Part shown: positions 19,212 to 29,549 of the stretch, one piece after another
Position numbering within the stretch: the stretch's first letter is position 1
Layout of the letters: the number at the start of each line of letters is the position of its first letter
NCBI GenBank assembly: GCA_963796955.1
Contig: CAWCNJ010000003.1
Coordinates: forward strand, 1-64,000
Direction: 5' to 3'
From: Endomicrobiales bacterium
Lineage (GTDB): Bacteria; Elusimicrobiota; Endomicrobiia; Endomicrobiales; JALOBY01
DNA: 64,000 bases
Translations under genes and position numbers: made by a program
Notes under the pieces: model-generated
Database searches by the model: none
What the model was told of the DNA's origin: nothing
What the model saw: the letters and a program-made list of their open reading frames with translations, nothing else

Positions 19212-21250
19212 ACAAGGATACCCCGGTACGACCAGGCGAAAAATTCATTCATCGCGACCTGAGCTGGCTTGCCTTTAACGAAAGGGTGCTGGATGAGGCA
19301 AATGACAAGACGAACCCGGTTCTCGAACGGGTTAAATTCCTTGCGATATGCGCCGGCAATCTTGATGAGTTCCTTATGGTGCGCGTGGCCGGCATGCGTC
19401 GTCTTATTGACTCGGGGTTCAACCGCAAGGACATATTCGGCTATTATATGCAGGATCTGTATGCCGCCTCCAGGGAACGCTACGGGAAACTGTTGATGCG
19501 GTTATACAAGACCTGGCAGGAACAGATAGCCGCTGAACTGGAGGCGCAAAAGGTACATGTTCTGAAGGCCCATCAGTTAAGCCCGGCGCAAAAAAAGTCG
19601 GTCAAAAGATATTTTGATACCACGCTGTATCCTATTATTACTCCGCTCGCTGTTGATCAAAGTCATCCTTTCCCCGTGCTTCATTCCAAAACAAATGTGT
19701 TCGCGGTGTACCTGGACCGCGGCGGGGACCACCATCAGCTAGCGTTGATAATGATACCGCAGTCCGTGCCGAGGCTCTTCAGACTCCCCGCCGAAAAAGA
19801 CGCTTTGAACTGTATCCTTATAGACGATATTATACGTGAGAATCTGGGAACCTTTTTTAAGGGCTACACGATCGAGGCCAGTTTTATTTTCCGTGTGATA
19901 CGTGACAGTGCACTGGATGTGAAAGAAGAGTACACGCCGGATCTGCTTAAAGCTATCGAGCGCGAGATACAGAAACGGCCGATGGCAAAGGTCGCGAGCC
20001 TGCAGGTAGAAAAAAAACACCACCCGCGCCTGCTTGAACTGATCTATACCGGGCTCGCCTTCACCAAGGATGAGATCACGGTCATCGACGGCGACCTTGA
20101 TCTTACCTGCCTCTTCGGTTTGACGTCTATGGTGACGGGACCAGAGCTTGCTTATCATAGTTTTGTGCCTTCAAAAATGGAATACGACTCCATCTTTGAC
20201 CGTATCGGTGAGGGGGATTTCATTGTACACATGCCTTACCAGTCGTTCCAGCCGACGGTCGACCTTATTCAGACAGCGGCGAAAGATGCCGGCGTCCTGG
20301 CCATAAAGATGACGCTGTACCGCACCAATGAGGATTCGGCCATTATCAGAGGCTTGATCGAGGCAGCGAAGAATGGTAAACAAGTGACAGTGCTTGTGGA
20401 GATAAAGGCGCGTTTTGACGAAGAAAAAAATATCGACTGGACCAGGGAGCTGGAGGCGGCGGGTTGTCACGTGGTGTACGGGATCCCCGGCATGAAGGTG
20501 CACTCCAAGGCCGCATTGATCGTGCGCCGGGAGGATGGGCGTATACGACGGTATGTGCATCTGTCGACTGGTAATTACAATGAAAGAACGGCAAAACTTT
20601 ACACGGATATCGGTTATTTTACGGTCAATGAAGATGTCGCCACGGATATATCCGACCTTTTTAACGTTATTACCGGCTATTCTCTGCCGTCCCGCTGGAG
20701 GCGGATCGTTGCCGCACCGTTCGATATGAGGAACTATTTCTACGAACTTATAGACAAGGAGATAGAGCATCAACGAAGTCATAAGAACGGTTTTATATTT
20801 GCGAAAATGAATTCACTGGAAGATGTTCAGATGATAGAAAAACTTTACCAGGCATCGAACGAGGGCGTGCGGATACAATTGCTGGTCCGCGGCATCTGCT
20901 GTCTTATACCCGGCGTCAAAGGCATGAGCGAAAATATCTGGGTCAAGAGTATCGTAGGAAGGTTTCTGGAACATTCCCGTATTTATTATTTTAATAACAA
21001 CGGCGAGCCGCGTACCTTTCTTGCTTCCGCCGATTGGATGCAGCGAAATCTTGACCGCAGGATAGAGCTGCTTTTCGAAATACGCCGCGACGACCTCAAA
21101 GAGGAATTAAAGAATATCCTTGATACGTATTGGAAGGATGCCGCCAAAACGCGTACCCTTACCGCTAACGGAACCTATAGCAAGCCAAAAAATGTCGATG
21201 ATAAAACGTTCAACGCTCAGGAGTATTTTATTGATCATTACACCAGGTGA
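19208..21250 (+). CDS. ppk1: Polyphosphate kinase 1 (copy A)
   Basis: RDLSWLAFNERVL, NLDEF, ARFDEE, KVHSK, TGNYN, RFLEHSR, SADWM. Confidence 0.97.
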   Translation: MNKDTPVRPGEKFIHRDLSWLAFNERVLDEANDKTNPVLERVKFLAICAGNLDEFLMVRVAGMRRLIDSGFNRKDIFGYYMQDLYAASRERYGKLLMRLYKTWQEQIAAELEAQKVHVLKAHQLSPAQKKSVKRYFDTTLYPIITPLAVDQSHPFPVLHSKTNVFAVYLDRGGDHHQLALIMIPQSVPRLFRLPAEKDALNCILIDDIIRENLGTFFKGYTIEASFIFRVIRDSALDVKEEYTPDLLKAIEREIQKRPMAKVASLQVEKKHHPRLLELIYTGLAFTKDEITVIDGDLDLTCLFGLTSMVTGPELAYHSFVPSKMEYDSIFDRIGEGDFIVHMPYQSFQPTVDLIQTAAKDAGVLAIKMTLYRTNEDSAIIRGLIEAAKNGKQVTVLVEIKARFDEEKNIDWTRELEAAGCHVVYGIPGMKVHSKAALIVRREDGRIRRYVHLSTGNYNERTAKLYTDIGYFTVNEDVATDISDLFNVITGYSLPSRWRRIVAAPFDMRNYFYELIDKEIEHQRSHKNGFIFAKMNSLEDVQMIEKLYQASNEGVRIQLLVRGICCLIPGVKGMSENIWVKSIVGRFLEHSRIYYFNNNGEPRTFLASADWMQRNLDRRIELLFEIRRDDLKEELKNILDTYWKDAAKTRTLTANGTYSKPKNVDDKTFNAQEYFIDHYTR

Positions 21251-22136
21251 GGATGATGACCTTAAAACCAGTATCATCACGGCGGCGCGCCGCCATTTGC
21301 AGGAATTTATAGCAGAGAGGACTAAGGTCTGTCGGGGAAAAGGTATCGGACCGGTCCACCGGATGCGCGTCGCTTCCCGGCGGCTCAGGGTTGCGCTGCA
21401 GGTGCTGGAAGGCGGTTTGCCTGATAAGAAGTGCCGAAAATGGAGAAAGAAGGTGCGGTTCTTCGGAAGGGCTCTCGGTGCCGCAAGAGAATTGGATGTA
21501 CAGCGCAGGTTTTTCCGTCAACTGCGCAGGAGCGCGGCAGCCGTACGTTACGCAGACGGTATCGACCTTATTGGCGAATATCTAACATCGGAACGGCGCA
21601 AGGTTCAAAAGAGGTTAACCCGTTTATTCAAAAAGGACGGGTTTTGCGGCAGCATTGCCGGAATCGATACATACCTTAAAAAACGCCTAGCCGCAGAGTA
21701 CGCGGATACCGCCGAAAGTTTTAACGGTCGTGTAAGCTGTTTCGCCCGCGCTCAGTTAAAAGAATTGCTGCTTTTGGAACCGGTCATTTTACGGCCGGGC
21801 AACGAAAAGTTGCTGCATGGAATGCGTATAGCGGCGAAGAAACTTCGCTATACCCTGGAGCTTCTGGGATCCCCGCGGCAAAAGTTAGCGAGGTATATCC
21901 GCGCGGTGACCGATGTCCAGGATATTCTTGGCGACATCCATGAGATGGATGTTATGGCCGCCTGTCTTGATAGCGTTCCATTGACCGGAAAACACGGTAA
22001 AAAAATCAGCGCTGCCGCCGCTTTTGCAGCCGGCGAATGCCGGCTTTTGAGGGAACGAATGTTCAGGAGGTTTACAGCCCGGTGGAACAATCTGAGAAAA
22101 GAAAAGATCTGGCCGCAGCTCAGGGAAACCCTTTAA
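21231..22136 (+). CDS. CHAD-domain polyphosphate-binding protein
   Basis: VHRMRVASRRLR, LHGMRIAAKKLRY, QDILGDIHE; very basic. In-frame TTG at 21231 follows AGGAG. Confidence 0.88.
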   Translation: MIITPGEDDDLKTSIITAARRHLQEFIAERTKVCRGKGIGPVHRMRVASRRLRVALQVLEGGLPDKKCRKWRKKVRFFGRALGAARELDVQRRFFRQLRRSAAAVRYADGIDLIGEYLTSERRKVQKRLTRLFKKDGFCGSIAGIDTYLKKRLAAEYADTAESFNGRVSCFARAQLKELLLLEPVILRPGNEKLLHGMRIAAKKLRYTLELLGSPRQKLARYIRAVTDVQDILGDIHEMDVMAACLDSVPLTGKHGKKISAAAAFAAGECRLLRERMFRRFTARWNNLRKEKIWPQLRETL

Positions 22137-22729
22137 TTCAAACTGCCATAGCGATCTCGCGGTCCTGCAATTATGAGGAAGGGCACGCTGAACGCGCCCG
22201 CAGGGTCGCGCTGTTGTTGTTCGACCAGCTTACGGCACTGCATAAACTGGGGCCGGAAGAAAGGAACTTGCTTCAGGCAGCGGCCCTGCTGCATGATGCA
22301 GGGTGGGTCAATGGGCGCAGCAAACATCATAAGACCTCTCTTGAGATCATCGTCAGATCGACAGAGCTGCCGTTGCCTGAGAAACGGCGCATTATGCTGG
22401 GTCTGATCGCCAGATATCATCGCAAGAGCCTGCCGGATAACTCACACAAATACTATTCGGAACTCGACGCCGGATCGAAGTCCGTTGTCAGTCAGCTTGC
22501 GTCTTTGCTGAGAGTGGCTGACGGGCTGGATAAAAGCCGCGCTTCATTGATCGAAGCTTTGAAATGCGAGATATCAGCGGATCTTATCGTTATATCGGTC
22601 TGGGGAAGTAAGGTCTTGCAGGAGGATATCAAGGCCGGACAAATGAAGACCGACCTGATGGAAAAATTTTTTCATAAAGAAGTATGCGTCAGGCGCGGCC
22701 GCGAACAAGAGCCACACTCCCCAGGATGA
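22082..22729 (+). CDS. Stand-alone HD-domain protein resembling the Ppx/GppA C-terminal half; start uncertain (22037 or 22082)
   Basis: HAERAR, AALLHDAG, HHKTS, ARYHRK, LRVADGLD. GTG at 22082 follows AGGAGG. Confidence 0.8.
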   Translation: MEQSEKRKDLAAAQGNPLIQTAIAISRSCNYEEGHAERARRVALLLFDQLTALHKLGPEERNLLQAAALLHDAGWVNGRSKHHKTSLEIIVRSTELPLPEKRRIMLGLIARYHRKSLPDNSHKYYSELDAGSKSVVSQLASLLRVADGLDKSRASLIEALKCEISADLIVISVWGSKVLQEDIKAGQMKTDLMEKFFHKEVCVRRGREQEPHSPG

Positions 22730-23654
22730 CCGCATCATCCGCAAGGCTGGCTGCCGCTACGCCGCATGGTTCAAAAGAGGAAAAGAACACGTCTTTATCG
22801 ACGGCTCTCTGTATGATGGGCAGCATGAAATCACCGCACGCCTCGATAACGCCGCCGCCGAGAATAAAAATATCTGGATCAAAGATGTGACGAAGCGTTA
22901 CACAGGCATTCCCGATGTGTCCGGCAGCGTCGCGCATGATGCCGGTGACGAGCGGGTCTTTTCTGCGAAGCGATTTGCGCAGGATCTTGCTTTTGATCGT
23001 GCTGATCTTACCTTCGATCAACTTCGTTACGACCGAGTTTTGACCGTGAGCCAACTCCTTCTTGATGCTCCGCTCTATCGCCCATCTTCCCGCGAAAGCC
23101 TCTAGACAACCCCTGTTGCCGCAGGTACACCGGGGCCCGCCGGACTGTATCTGCATGTGCCCTATTTCTCCGGCGGCGCCATTGTGCCCCTGAATAAGGG
23201 AGTTGTTAACTATTATGCCGCCGCCGACACCGGTGCCAATGAAGATGGCGACGACGTTTTTAACGCCCCGCGCGGCGCCAGTCCATTGTTCGCCGAGTGC
23301 GCCGAGGTTCGCATCGTTGCCGACCGAGACCTTAATGTGCAGCCGCGCCTGTAATAATTTTTGAAGGTTGATGCCGGATAATTTTAAATTGGGTGTTTTT
23401 ATGATCTTTCCGGTAGCGGGGTCTATCAACCCCGGCACGCCCACACCGACGCCGGCGAGATCCTTTCTGTTGGCAGATGCTGCAGAAATGGTCTGTTCGA
23501 TCAGGTCGGAGATAGTGTGCACTATGCGCGAGGGCGAAGCGTTATCCTCGCTTGGCAGTTTTGCCCTGCACAGTATCTTCCCTGAGCCGGTAACCAGCGC
23601 CGCTGCGATCTTAGTGCCGCCTACATCAATACCTGCGTACATGTATTTTTTCAT
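22689..23654 (-). CDS. ROK-family sugar kinase (glucokinase-like)
   Basis: GIDVGGTK, NDAN, GTGVGGG, GEIGH, CTCGNRGCLE. Confidence 0.92.
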   Translation of the reverse strand: MKKYMYAGIDVGGTKIAAALVTGSGKILCRAKLPSEDNASPSRIVHTISDLIEQTISAASANRKDLAGVGVGVPGLIDPATGKIIKTPNLKLSGINLQKLLQARLHIKVSVGNDANLGALGEQWTGAARGVKNVVAIFIGTGVGGGIIVNNSLIQGHNGAAGEIGHMQIQSGGPRCTCGNRGCLEAFAGRWAIERSIKKELAHGQNSVVTKLIEGKISTIKSKILRKSLRRKDPLVTGIMRDAAGHIGNACVTLRHIFDPDIFILGGGVIEACGDFMLPIIQRAVDKDVFFSSFEPCGVAAASLADDAVILGSVALVRGRA

Positions 23655-23780
23655 GGGAATATCATACCATTTGTTTTAAAAAATTAAAACCCATCGGCGT
23701 GATCAGGGCGTGGTCCTTGCAAAAAGTTTACAGATATGTTTATTATATGAGCAATAGCGTTTTGATTCTGGAGGCTCCCA

Positions 23781-24458
23781 ATGTCACGATTGATAGCGAT
23801 TGTCGACGACGAGGAAGATATTCTAAAACTCGTGTCTATAAATCTTGAAAAGGCCGGTTTTAGCGTTAAGACTTTCAGTGACGCGGATAAGCTTCTTAAG
23901 TGGATACCCCGGCAGAAGCCTGACCTGATAATACTTGATCTGATGTTGCCCGGCACCGATGGGCTTGAGGCGTGTAAAGCGCTTAAACGCGAGAACGCGT
24001 ATACGAGAATACCGGTGATAATGCTGACCGCCAAAGGCGATGAAACGGACCGCGTGCTGGGCCTGGAACTCGGCGCCGATGATTATGTGGTGAAACCTTT
24101 TTCACCGAAGGAGCTTGTCGCGCGCGTGAAAGCCGTGCTGCGGCGGGATGAGGGTAAAACCAGCGGTAAGGTGCTGCAGGCGGGGCCGGTCATCCTGGAT
24201 ATAGAAAAATATTCAGTTACGGTGAAAGGCAAGGTCATTGAGGTTACTACCACGGAATTGAAAATACTCGAATTGTTAATGGGAAAGCAGGGATATGTTT
24301 TTGACCGGGAGAGGATACTGGATCATGTATGGGGAAATGATAAAGTCGTGCTGGACAGGACGATAGATGTACATATCAAGAACCTCCGCGAAAAACTTGG
24401 CGCCTCCGGTGAAATGATAAAGAATATACGGGGCGTCGGTTACAAACTGGAACAATGA
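23781..24458 (+). CDS. phoB: OmpR-family phosphate regulon response regulator
   Basis: VDDE, LDLMLP, GADDYVVKPF, RTIDVHIKNLREKL; upstream of phoR and pst. Confidence 0.9.
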   Translation: MSRLIAIVDDEEDILKLVSINLEKAGFSVKTFSDADKLLKWIPRQKPDLIILDLMLPGTDGLEACKALKRENAYTRIPVIMLTAKGDETDRVLGLELGADDYVVKPFSPKELVARVKAVLRRDEGKTSGKVLQAGPVILDIEKYSVTVKGKVIEVTTTELKILELLMGKQGYVFDRERILDHVWGNDKVVLDRTIDVHIKNLREKLGASGEMIKNIRGVGYKLEQ

Positions 24459-26185
24459 GATCCGTATTTTATAAGTTATTCAGCAGCTATGTCCTGATGA
24501 TCGCTGGTGTCTCAGCGCTGCTGGCTGTCGTATGGTTGACGGAACTTAAAAGCTTTTATGTCGCCTCGCGCACTGAAGATCTAAGCAAATTGACCGTCGT
24601 TGTCTCCCGCCTCGCAACACCCTATTTCCAGAGTGAAGGCACCAGCCGGCTCGACCAGTTCATAAAATCAATAGGAGCGGAGATAGTTACCAGGCTGACC
24701 GTCGTTGATGCATCGGGTGTTGTCCTTGCCGACTCGATCAACAATCCTAAGACTATGGAAAACCACGCGAAGCGCCCCGAAATTTACGGTGCTCTTAACG
24801 GCAGGCCTGCTTCATCTATCCGCTATAGCGATACGGAGCGTCAGGAGATGCTCTATTACGCTGTTCCGGTGCAGATAAACGGAAAAACTGCAGGCGTCGT
24901 GCGGACAAGTCTTTTCATAAAGGATATTGATGCTTCCATAGCTAAAGCCAGGGGGTACGCCGTACGCGTGATAGTAATAATGATAATTATCGCGCTGCTT
25001 GCCGCGTATGCGCTTACACGAGGTTTCACCGGCCCTGTTAAAGAGCTTCAGAAGGCCTCGGCCCTCGTTGCTTCCGGGAACTTTACGGCGCGGGTACATA
25101 TGAGGCAGCGGGATGAATTCCAGGAACTGGCGAAAAGCTTTAATACCATGACCGGTCAGCTGCAGGGGCTGTTCGCTGAAGTGACCGCGCAAAAAGAAGC
25201 CCTTAAAGCGATCGTCACATCGATCAGAGAAGGTTTGCTGGTGGTGCGCGAAGACGGCAATGTGATGCTCTGTAATGATGCTGCCAGGGCAGCGGTAGGC
25301 GTTGATCTTAAGGAAGGGGAGCCTTACTGGGAAACATTACGAAATCCTGCCATAGGTGCGATGATAAAAAATTGCATTGCGGCGAAACAACCTGCACTGG
25401 GAGAGGCGGAGATAGATAACAAACAGTTCCTGGTCAGCACGGCATATAGTGCCACCCGCAGGGAAGTGGTGGTGGTTATGTTTGATGTTACCAGTATAAA
25501 AAGCCTTGAGATCATGAAGAAGGAGTTGGTGACGAACGCCTCCCATGAGTTGATGACGCCGCTGACCGCTATACGCGGTTTTATAGAAACAATGCGCGAC
25601 GCGACAAAAGAGGAGGCTGCCCAGTACCTGGATATAATCGATAAACATACCGAACGGCTTACCCGTATCGTCTACGATCTATTGACCCTGTCTAAAATGG
25701 AAGAAAAAGGCTTTCTTATGGAATCCCTTCCGGTGAACCTGACGAAATTATTACCGACCGTCACGGGCCTAATGGAAGGAAGGGCAAAAGACAAGCGCCT
25801 CGCCCTCACCGTTCAGTTTCCCGAAGAACAGCTTTTGGTGTCCGGCGACGTGTTCCGTCTGGAACAGATATTCATTAACCTGATAGACAACGCTATAAAA
25901 TACACCGATAACGGGAAGATAGATGTGGCTCTTTCCAGGGAAGGGTCAGGCGCGGTGATCCGTGTCTGCGATACGGGCATCGGTATCCCAAGACAGCTGG
26001 TTGAGCGGGTCTTTGAGCGTTTTTTCGTGGTTGACAAATCCCGCTCGCGCCAGTCCGGCGGCACCGGTCTCGGTCTTGCCATAGTGAAACACGCCGTGCT
26101 GATGCACAACGGTTCTATCGACGTAAAACAACAGCCCGGCGGCGGCACCTGTTTTACGGTAACCTTACCTCTACTGCCTCAGTAA
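24455..26185 (+). CDS. phoR: Phosphate regulon sensor kinase (HAMP, PAS, HisKA, HATPase)
   Basis: MENHAKRPEI periplasmic motif, SHELMTPL, NLIDNAIKY, RFFVVDKSRSRQSGGTGLGL. Confidence 0.9.
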   Translation: MRSVFYKLFSSYVLMIAGVSALLAVVWLTELKSFYVASRTEDLSKLTVVVSRLATPYFQSEGTSRLDQFIKSIGAEIVTRLTVVDASGVVLADSINNPKTMENHAKRPEIYGALNGRPASSIRYSDTERQEMLYYAVPVQINGKTAGVVRTSLFIKDIDASIAKARGYAVRVIVIMIIIALLAAYALTRGFTGPVKELQKASALVASGNFTARVHMRQRDEFQELAKSFNTMTGQLQGLFAEVTAQKEALKAIVTSIREGLLVVREDGNVMLCNDAARAAVGVDLKEGEPYWETLRNPAIGAMIKNCIAAKQPALGEAEIDNKQFLVSTAYSATRREVVVVMFDVTSIKSLEIMKKELVTNASHELMTPLTAIRGFIETMRDATKEEAAQYLDIIDKHTERLTRIVYDLLTLSKMEEKGFLMESLPVNLTKLLPTVTGLMEGRAKDKRLALTVQFPEEQLLVSGDVFRLEQIFINLIDNAIKYTDNGKIDVALSREGSGAVIRVCDTGIGIPRQLVERVFERFFVVDKSRSRQSGGTGLGLAIVKHAVLMHNGSIDVKQQPGGGTCFTVTLPLLPQ

Positions 26186-26189
26186 ATCC

Positions 26190-26321
26190 CTTAACGCAAA
26201 CTTCATAGAACGTTTATTTGCCCTTCACTGAGGTTTTATATACTTGCGCCATCACCCTGAAGAAAGGAGGTGGCCGTCTTAACACGATCTTAACAAAACA
26301 TTTATACAGGCTTTACGTAGG
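26190..26321 (+). promoter_or_regulatory. Two arrays of 11-bp-periodic Pho-box-like direct repeats upstream of porin-pst
   Basis: CTTAAC/CTTCAT/GTTTAT/CTTCAC/TTTTAT at 26190, 26201, 26212, 26223, 26234; CTTAAC/CTTAAC/ATTTAT/CTTTAC at 26278, 26289, 26300, 26311. Confidence 0.75.
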
Positions 26322-26361
26322 ACTGCTAGACTTACCGCAGATAAAACAAGGAGAAGACACT

Positions 26362-27700
26362 ATGAAGAAGCTGCTCACCGCATTTGCCGCGATAGTATGT
26401 ATGTCCTCTGTTGCTTTGGCCTCGGAGGTAGAGAGTCTGGTTAACAAACTCGCTGAAAAAGGCGTGATCTCTTATGGAGAAGCCGCCCAGCTGGTAACTG
26501 AATCGAATGAAGACGCGCGGGCCAGCCTTGCATCCGCCTCGGTCTCTACACTGCCCGCCTGGATACAGAACATAACCATGAGCGGCGATCTTCGTCTGCG
26601 CTCGCAGGATGACTGGAACGCTGCCAAGAATTTCATCCGCATTCGCGACAGAGTGCGCGTACGGTTGAACTTCGAAACACGTCTGGCTGAAGGTTATAAA
26701 GCGGGTTTTGGTATATCCAACGGCTCCGAGCTGGTGGATGCCAGCGGTGATGAACTTAACACCAATATAATAGATGCGAATTCAGGCTCGGCCAACAGCA
26801 CGTTCACCGGTTTCGGCAGGCTGCCTGTAGAGCTTAACCTTGCATATATTGAGTATTCTCCCGTCATACCCGGCGTGTCCGCGGCTATAACCGTCGGAAA
26901 AATGAAACAGGGTGTGCAGGTTTGGAATGCCACCGATCTGTTGTGGGAATCTTCTCTGAACCCGGACGGCGCGGCCGTCGGTGTGAACTATAACCTCAAC
27001 AATGAAATGACACTTGGTTTTATCGGCAGCATCCTCACGATCAATAACCTGAACTCGGCCGTTTCTAATCCGACCGCAAGCGTAGGCGAAATAACCTACA
27101 CATGGGATAAGGAAGACTTCAAAGTAAAACTGGGCGTTGCTCAGCAGAAACCTTGACGTTTACGGCAAGAACTGCGGTACCTACCTGGGCGACGGAAAGA
27201 TCGCCGCAGGTGTGCCTTCTATCCTTGACGCTACCGGAGTTGCTACTACCAAGTCTCTTGATTATTTCGTTATGAGCGAGAGCTTTGAACTTACCTGGAA
27301 GAACGCGTTCGGCGCGAACAATGTCGCGCTTATCGGCGATATGGCAGCCAACTCGTATTCGCCTAACGCCCCCACGACCATCAGTGACGAGGACGCCAGC
27401 TGCTACGGAGTAAAGATCGGCGCAGGCTCGGTCGCCCGTTTAGGCCAGTGGCAGATCATATATCTTAACAGAACGCTCGGCGGGAATGCCTGGCTTAATA
27501 AGCTTGGCGCCAACGATCCCTACGGAGCGGCGCATAACGAGACCGGTTCCCAGGAACAGCTGAGCGTCGGCCTCAGCAAGGCAATGACCGTTGCATTCAC
27601 CTATTATTCATACGACTTGCTTGAGAAAACCGCGGCACAGACCGCCGCAGGCAATACCAAACAGGATATATTTCAGGCTGACCTGATCTATAAGTTCTAA
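26362..27700 (+). CDS. Putative outer-membrane porin, split by one frameshift near 27148
   Basis: Signal peptide MKKLL..ALA, LVNKLAEKGVIS, SGDLRLR, C-terminal QADLIYKF. Removing one A from CAGAAACCTT joins the two ORFs. Confidence 0.8.
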
Positions 27701-27729
27701 GAACGCAAATTAACCAAGGAGACAAACCA

Positions 27730-28540
27730 ATGAAAAAGTATATTACCACACTGCTCGGGCTTTCGTTGATAGCGGCCAACCTGTTCGCCGCCGGATCAAA
27801 GATAGTGTTGGAAGGCTCCACGACCGTGCTTCCTATCGCGCAGGCTGCTGCGGAAGAGTTCATGGCTCAGCATAAAGATGCGGATCTCTCTGTTCGCGGC
27901 GGCGGTTCCGGCGTCGGCGCTGCCTCGCTGCTGGAAAGCACCTGTGATATAGCTGATATGTCCCGCGCTATGAAGGATGATGAGCTTAAGAAAGCGGCCG
28001 GCCGCGGTATTTCGCCGAAGGCCCATGTGGTAGCTATGGACGGCATAGCGGTGATACTCAATAACAGCAACGGAGTAACGGCGCTGACAAAAAGCCAGAT
28101 AAAAGGTATCTTTACCGGCAGTATTTCCGATTGGAGCAAGGTCGGCGGAACTCCGGGTAAAATAGTCGTTGTTTCCCGCGACAGCGCCAGCGGCACCTTT
28201 GAAGCCTTCGGCGAACTTGCCCTTTCAAAAGAAAAAGTTCGTTCCGACGCTCTGATGCAGGCTTCTAATCAAGCGGTTGCGGGTGTGGTTTCCAAAACTC
28301 CCGAGGCCATCGGCTACGTCGGGCTCGGTTATCTCACGAAAGAGATCAAAGCGGTTACGGTGGACGGCATAGAATGCAACAAAAGACCGTCCTGTCAAAA
28401 AAAAATATCCGCTCTCCAGGCCGTTGTTCATGTACACGAACGGAGCGGCTAAAGGTACCGTGAAGGAATTCTTTGATTTCCTTCTCAGCGCCGAAGGGCA
28501 GAAGATAGTTGAAGATCAGGGGTTTGTAGGACTGAACTAA
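27730..28540 (+). CDS. pstS: Phosphate ABC transporter substrate-binding protein, frameshifted at 28381-28405
   Basis: EGSTTVLP, GGGSGVG, MSR, SRDSASGT. The alternate frame continues YPLSRPLFMYT..QKIVEDQGFV to TAA at 28538-28540. Confidence 0.9.
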
Positions 28541-28563
28541 CCCAAAACATAGTGTGTTGCACG

Positions 28564-28641
28564 CGCCCTGCGAGCGTATTGTCTACAGGGCGGCCCTCAC
28601 CCTCTTTCCTCACCCTTCACGGGCGGGGAAAGGGGTGGGGG
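28564..28641 (+). other. Two GC-rich stem-loops in the pstS-pstC spacer
   Basis: CGCCCTG/CAGGGCG, and CCCTCACCCTCTTTCCTC..GGGGAAAGGGGTGGGGG. Confidence 0.55.
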
Positions 28642-28660
28642 ATCAAGTTTTTAAGGGAAT

Positions 28661-29549
28661 ATGATGCGTTACGAATTGAAAGAAAAACTGATCCGATATG
28701 TTTTCGCCGTCCTTGCGTTCTCTTCCGTGCTCTTCCTCGCCGGGATCGTTCTGGTGCTGTTCAAAGAAGGACTGCCTGCTTTTGTATATATAAACCCTTG
28801 GAAGTTCCTGACGGGGAGCGCCTGGTATCCCACGAGATCCGGCTGAATTCGGTATCCTGCCGATAGTGCTTGCCTCTCTGTCGGTCACGGCGGGCGCGAT
28901 GGCTACTGTGCGTCCCACTGGGTATCGGCAGGCATTGTATATACATCAGTTGGCGGGACACAAACAAAAGACGATGCTCAGAGCCGGCTTATCGAACTTT
29001 TGGCTGCGATACCTTGATCGTTTACGGATTTTTCGGCATGGTGGTGGTGGCCCCGTTCATACAAAAACTGTTGCACCTGCCGACGGGTCTGTGCGCTTTC
29101 ACCGCCAGCGTTGTCCTGGGGATCATGGCGATACCGACGGTCGCAAGCATCGCTGAAGATTGGCTTAAGCTACGTGCCGAACAGTTTCCGGGAGGCGGCC
29201 TTCGCCGTAGGCGCAACCGCTGGCAGACCCTAACGCGCGTTATTATTCCAGCGGCCGGTTCCGGCATTTCAACGGCTATCATTCTCGGCATGGGCCGCAT
29301 TGTCGGCGAGACCATGACCGTGCTGATGGTGGCCGGCGGCGCGGCGGTCATTCCCCATACCTTTTTCCAGCCGGTGCGCCCCATGACCTCTACCATCGCG
29401 GCCGAGATGGGCGAGGCCGTTATGGGCAGCGCCATTATCATGCCCTGTTCGCTATTGCGTTATTGTTGTTCTTCTGCACCCTTTTTATAAATATGATCGC
29501 CGAATTCATAGGCAGAAAATACCGGCTTAAACTGGGGCTGGGAAGATGA
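28661..29549 (+). CDS. pstC: Phosphate ABC permease PstC with multiple frameshifts
   Basis: Fragments across frames: FLTGSAWYP, EFGILP, IVYGFFG, IMAIPTVASIAED, GMGRIVGETM, TSTIAAEMGEA. The stop overlaps the pstA ATG (ATGA). Confidence 0.85.

Noticed and set aside
23726..23743. GTTTAC/GTTTAT pair upstream of phoB as a Pho box
   Set aside because: Spacing is 12 bp rather than 11 and there are only two units.
26218..26361. Upstream extension of the porin ORF and a strong AGGAGG at 26265
   Set aside because: It overlaps the Pho-box arrays; no start codon lies at SD distance from the AGGAGG, and the signal peptide begins at 26362.
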